Origin: Aequorivita sp.
GTDB taxonomy: Bacteria > Bacteroidota > Bacteroidia > Flavobacteriales > Flavobacteriaceae
Direction of reading: 5' to 3'
NCBI GenBank assembly: GCA_052105975.1
Contig: JBQEAY010000008.1
Coordinates: forward strand, 30,680-94,679
Length of the DNA: 64,000 nt
Numbering within the stretch: the stretch's first letter is position 1; each line of letters begins with the position of its first letter. Both the position numbers and the translations under genes were made by a program. The notes beneath the pieces are model-generated. The model was not told the DNA's origin. It made no database searches and saw only the letters and a list, made by a program, of their open reading frames with translations. Of the stretch, positions 60,523 through 64,000 are shown piece after piece.

Positions 60523-63372
60523 ATGAATACAGATTCTTTTGCTTTAAGGCATATCGGTCCCCGGGAAAGTGATCTTCCCGAAATGCTTGAAACAATTGGT
60601 GTAAAGTCACTTGACCAACTTATTTTCGAAACAGTTCCAGATGATATTCTGCTAAAAAAAGCACTGAATTTGGATATTGCCATGAGTGAGCAAGAATACC
60701 TTGAGCACATCACTGAGCTTTCTTCTAAAAACAAAATATTTAAAACCTATATCGGTTTAGGTTATAACCAGGCAATTATGCCTCCTGTAATTCAAAGAAA
60801 CGTTCTTGAAAACCCGGGATGGTACACGGCCTACACACCTTATCAAGCAGAAATAGCACAAGGAAGATTGGAAGCACTTCTGAATTTCCAAACCATGGTT
60901 TCAGATTTAACTGGAATGGAGCTTGCAAACGCTTCCCTTCTTGATGAATCTACAGCAGCTGCTGAAGCAATGTCTTTACTTTATGCCGTTCGTGAAAAAG
61001 AGAAGAAAAAGAATAAAGCATCCAAGTTTTTTGTTTCTGAAGATATTTTTCCACAGACACTAGCCATATTAGAAACTCGTGCAGAGCCTATAGGTGTGGA
61101 ATTGGTTGTTGGTAATCATGAAGATTTCGATTTTTCGGAAGATTTTTATGGTGCAATTATTCAATACCCAAGTAGAACCGGAAAAGTTCACAACTATACG
61201 CATTTCATTGAAAAAGCAAATGAAAACAATATAAAAGTAGCAGTTGCTGCAGATATTTTAAGCCTTGTAATGCTTGAATCTCCAGGTCACTTTGGTGTTG
61301 ATGTGGTTGTTGGTACAACACAACGTTTTGGAATTCCACTTGGTTATGGTGGCCCACACGCCGCTTTCTTTGCTACAAAAGATGAATACAAACGTAACAT
61401 TCCAGGAAGGATTATTGGAGTTACAAAAGACACTGACGGAAACAGAGCGCTACGAATGGCACTTCAAACCCGTGAGCAGCACATTAAGCGCGATAGAGCA
61501 ACTTCAAATATTTGTACAGCTCAAGTTTTACTAGCTGTTATGGCTGGTATGTACGCAGTTTATCACGGACCTGAAGGTTTAAAATATATTGCCAGAAAAG
61601 TACACAATGGAGCTGCTACACTTGCAAATGCCTTGGAAAAATTAGGTTTTGAGCAATTAAACGCCACCTACTTTGACACCATTGCAATAAAGACCGATGC
61701 CACTAAAATTAAATTTTTGGCAGAAGCAAAAGAGGTAAACTTCTATTATCCAGATAACGAAACTGTTTCAATCTCAATAAACGAAACCACAACGGTAAAA
61801 GACCTCAACAAAATTCTTTCAATTTTTTCCGAAGCCATTAAAAAGGATTTCCAAAAAATTACTGAATTAGAAACTGGAAATAAGATTCCTAAGGAAGTAG
61901 CTCGTAAAACCGAGTTTATGCAACAGGAAGTATTCAACAAGTACCACAGCGAAACCGACATGATGCGCTACATCAAAAAATTGGAACGTAAAGATCTTTC
62001 GTTGAACCACTCGATGATTTCGTTGGGTTCTTGTACAATGAAACTTAACGCTGCGGCTGAAATGCTGCCATTAAGTGATCCAATGTGGGGTAATGTGCAC
62101 CCTTTTGTTCCAATAGATCAAGCTGAAGGTTATCAAATAATTTTAAAGAAACTAGAAAAACAACTTACGGAAATCACTGGTTTTTCAGGTACTTCTCTTC
62201 AACCTAATAGTGGTGCCCAAGGTGAATTCGCTGGCTTGATGGTTATTCGCGCCTATCACGAATCACGTGGTGAAGGTCATAGAAACATTTGCTTAATTCC
62301 TGCTTCAGCTCACGGAACAAATCCTGCAAGTGCTGTTATGGCTGGAATGAAAGTAGTTGTAACCAAATCTACTCCTGAAGGAAATATCGACGTTGAAGAT
62401 CTTCGCGAAAAAGCAATAAAACATAAAGACAACCTTTCCAGTTTGATGGTTACCTATCCATCAACACATGGAGTTTATGAATCTGCAATTTGTGAAATAA
62501 CTAGTATAATTCACGAAAACGGTGGGCAAGTTTATATGGACGGTGCAAATATGAATGCGCAAGTTGGATTGACCCACCCTGGAGCAATTGGCGCCGATGT
62601 TTGTCACTTAAACCTTCACAAAACTTTCGCTATACCTCACGGAGGTGGAGGACCAGGCGTTGGGCCTATTTGCGTTGCCAAGCAATTGGTTCCGTTTTTG
62701 CCATCTAACCCAATTATCGAAACTGGTGGCGAGAATGCTATTTCAGCAATTTCTGGCGCACCTTGGGGTAGCTCTTTAGTTTGCTTGATAAGCTATGCTT
62801 ACATCTGTATGCTTGGGGTGAATGGCTTGAAAAAAGCTACGCAACACGCTATTTTGAACGCGAACTATATTAAGGAAAGACTTAGAGGACATTATGAAAC
62901 GCTTTACGCTGGAGAACGAGGCCGTGCAGCTCACGAAATGATTGTAGATTGCCGTCCGTTTAAAGAAAAAGGTATTGAAATAACTGATATTGCAAAACGA
63001 TTGATTGACTATGGTTTCCACTCACCAACGGTATCTTTTCCAATTGCAGGTACGTTGATGATAGAACCTACGGAAAGTGAAAGTAAGACATCTTTAGACC
63101 AATTCTGTGATGCAATGATTTCTATCAGAAAAGAAATTGAAGCTGTAGACAAGGACGATTCAAATAACGTTCTAAAGAATTCACCACACACCATGCAAAT
63201 GCTGACGGCTGATGAATGGGATTATCCATATAGCAGACAAGAAGCTGCATTTCCAATGGAATACATAGTAGATAATAAATTCTGGCCTTCAATCAGAAGA
63301 GTAGATGATGCTTATGGTGACAGAAACCTGGTTTGTACTTGTGACCCGATTGAGGCGTATATGGAAGCTTAA
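60523..63372 (+). CDS. gcvP: Glycine dehydrogenase (aminomethyl-transferring), P protein of the glycine cleavage system
   Basis: 949 aa single-chain P protein. ..FALRHIGP.., ..GWYTAYTPYQAEI(A)QGRLE.. and the PLP-lysine region ..HLNLHKTFAIPHGGGGPG... Confidence 0.95.
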   Translation: MNTDSFALRHIGPRESDLPEMLETIGVKSLDQLIFETVPDDILLKKALNLDIAMSEQEYLEHITELSSKNKIFKTYIGLGYNQAIMPPVIQRNVLENPGWYTAYTPYQAEIAQGRLEALLNFQTMVSDLTGMELANASLLDESTAAAEAMSLLYAVREKEKKKNKASKFFVSEDIFPQTLAILETRAEPIGVELVVGNHEDFDFSEDFYGAIIQYPSRTGKVHNYTHFIEKANENNIKVAVAADILSLVMLESPGHFGVDVVVGTTQRFGIPLGYGGPHAAFFATKDEYKRNIPGRIIGVTKDTDGNRALRMALQTREQHIKRDRATSNICTAQVLLAVMAGMYAVYHGPEGLKYIARKVHNGAATLANALEKLGFEQLNATYFDTIAIKTDATKIKFLAEAKEVNFYYPDNETVSISINETTTVKDLNKILSIFSEAIKKDFQKITELETGNKIPKEVARKTEFMQQEVFNKYHSETDMMRYIKKLERKDLSLNHSMISLGSCTMKLNAAAEMLPLSDPMWGNVHPFVPIDQAEGYQIILKKLEKQLTEITGFSGTSLQPNSGAQGEFAGLMVIRAYHESRGEGHRNICLIPASAHGTNPASAVMAGMKVVVTKSTPEGNIDVEDLREKAIKHKDNLSSLMVTYPSTHGVYESAICEITSIIHENGGQVYMDGANMNAQVGLTHPGAIGADVCHLNLHKTFAIPHGGGGPGVGPICVAKQLVPFLPSNPIIETGGENAISAISGAPWGSSLVCLISYAYICMLGVNGLKKATQHAILNANYIKERLRGHYETLYAGERGRAAHEMIVDCRPFKEKGIEITDIAKRLIDYGFHSPTVSFPIAGTLMIEPTESESKTSLDQFCDAMISIRKEIEAVDKDDSNNVLKNSPHTMQMLTADEWDYPYSRQEAAFPMEYIVDNKFWPSIRRVDDAYGDRNLVCTCDPIEAYMEA

Positions 63373-63389
63373 AAAAATGTGCAGTGCGC

Positions 63390-63433
63390 AGTATTCAGTA
63401 AGCAGTTGTAACACCAATTGTTATTGAATACTG
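63390..63433 (+). terminator. Hairpin after gcvP
   Basis: CAGTATTCAGTAA (63390-63402) pairs with TTATTGAATACTG (63421-63433), matching at 12 of 13 positions. It overlaps a CAGT heptamer array. Confidence 0.6.
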
Positions 63434-63487
63434 GTCACTGACCTCTGATTACATATTTTTCCGTATTTTTAACAAAACTTTTTAAAT

Positions 63488-64000
63488 ATGAATGTCAAAA
63501 TTACAGGCATAGGCAGTTATATTCCGAGTGAGATTGCTAAGAATGAACAATTTGGAGAACATCATTTTTACAATGAAGACGGCACTCGCTTTGGTCAAGA
63601 AAATGAAACCATAATTAAAAAGTTTCAAGCGATTACAGGTATTGCAGAACGACGTTATATTCCTAAAAATATGACTACTTCAGACATGGCATCCTTTGCT
63701 GCAGAAAATGCGCTTATAGATTCAGGTATCGATAAAGAAGAACTGGATTATATAATCGTGGCGCATAATTATGGCGATGTAAAACACAATTCTGCACAGA
63801 GCGACACCGTCCCCAGTATCGCTACACGTGTAAAACACAATCTAAAAATTCAAAACCCAACCTGTGTGGGTTATGATATGCTTTTTGGTTGTCCAGGATG
63901 GATTGAGAGTATGATCCAAGCCAATGCTTACATAAAATCAGGAATAGCCAAAAAATGCTTGGTGATTGGTGCTGAAGCGCTTTCCAGAGTGGTAGATCCA
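63488..64000 (+). CDS. 3-oxoacyl-ACP synthase III (FabH-like) family protein, 3' end cut by window edge
   Basis: Not in the ORF track because it runs off the window. MNVKITGIGSYIPSE....E.......DG.........II.KF..ITGI.ERRY. The active-site Cys context is ..YDMLFGCPGWI... Confidence 0.75.
   Translation, partial: MNVKITGIGSYIPSEIAKNEQFGEHHFYNEDGTRFGQENETIIKKFQAITGIAERRYIPKNMTTSDMASFAAENALIDSGIDKEELDYIIVAHNYGDVKHNSAQSDTVPSIATRVKHNLKIQNPTCVGYDMLFGCPGWIESMIQANAYIKSGIAKKCLVIGAEALSRVVDP

Overview
This is a 64-kb chromosomal segment of an AT-rich Bacteroidota genome, most likely class Flavobacteriia. Supporting signs are two T9SS C-terminal sorting domains, a THX ribosomal protein, a class II HMG-CoA reductase next to a GYDIA-type GHMP kinase, TAnnTTTG promoter-like boxes and gene starts without Shine-Dalgarno sequences. 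I count about 70 protein genes and one tRNA-Phe. There is no rRNA, CRISPR array, integrase or transposase. Most of the window is tightly packed housekeeping: trpA (partial), mevalonate genes, coaX-OMP-TPR-lptC, a CNNM/hemolysin-family protein, a PpiD-like isomerase, tryptophan 2,3-dioxygenase, mpl, obg, adk, purK/purE, dcp, gcvP and a FabH-like gene (partial). Non-core content: (1) at 18.3-24.9 kb, a nine-gene co-directional cluster built around an ArsS-type radical SAM enzyme (the family set named 'arsenosugar biosynthesis'). It carries extra members that the described pathway does not explain (rhodanese, purine nucleoside phosphorylase, di-iron hydroxylase, DUF547), and no arsM is in view. 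(2) At 27.9-33.0 kb, an FAD oxidoreductase and a NapH-like membrane polyferredoxin are followed by two GT2 glycosyltransferases. (3) At 4.1-7.9 kb, a tRNA-Phe-proximal islet holds only unassignable secreted, lipo- or membrane proteins. Two are built of recent tandem repeats and one is frameshifted in an A6 tract. (4) Two insertions split conserved gene pairs. A ParE-like toxin with a convergent HTH protein sits between the mevalonate genes. Decayed RhuM fragments plus a GIY-YIG nuclease cassette bounded by perfect 24-bp inverted repeats sit between purK and purE. At small scale the intergenic DNA holds several dispersed repeat families: ACCTGTCAGGT palindromes (one copy sits in frame inside a CDS), CTTTGYG/CTCTGYG REP-like elements, GC-rich palindromes and heptanucleotide tandem arrays. 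It also holds a purK leader with mutually exclusive hairpins. No candidate system can be proven from sequence alone, and all family assignments rest on motif recognition and recollection, not on searches.
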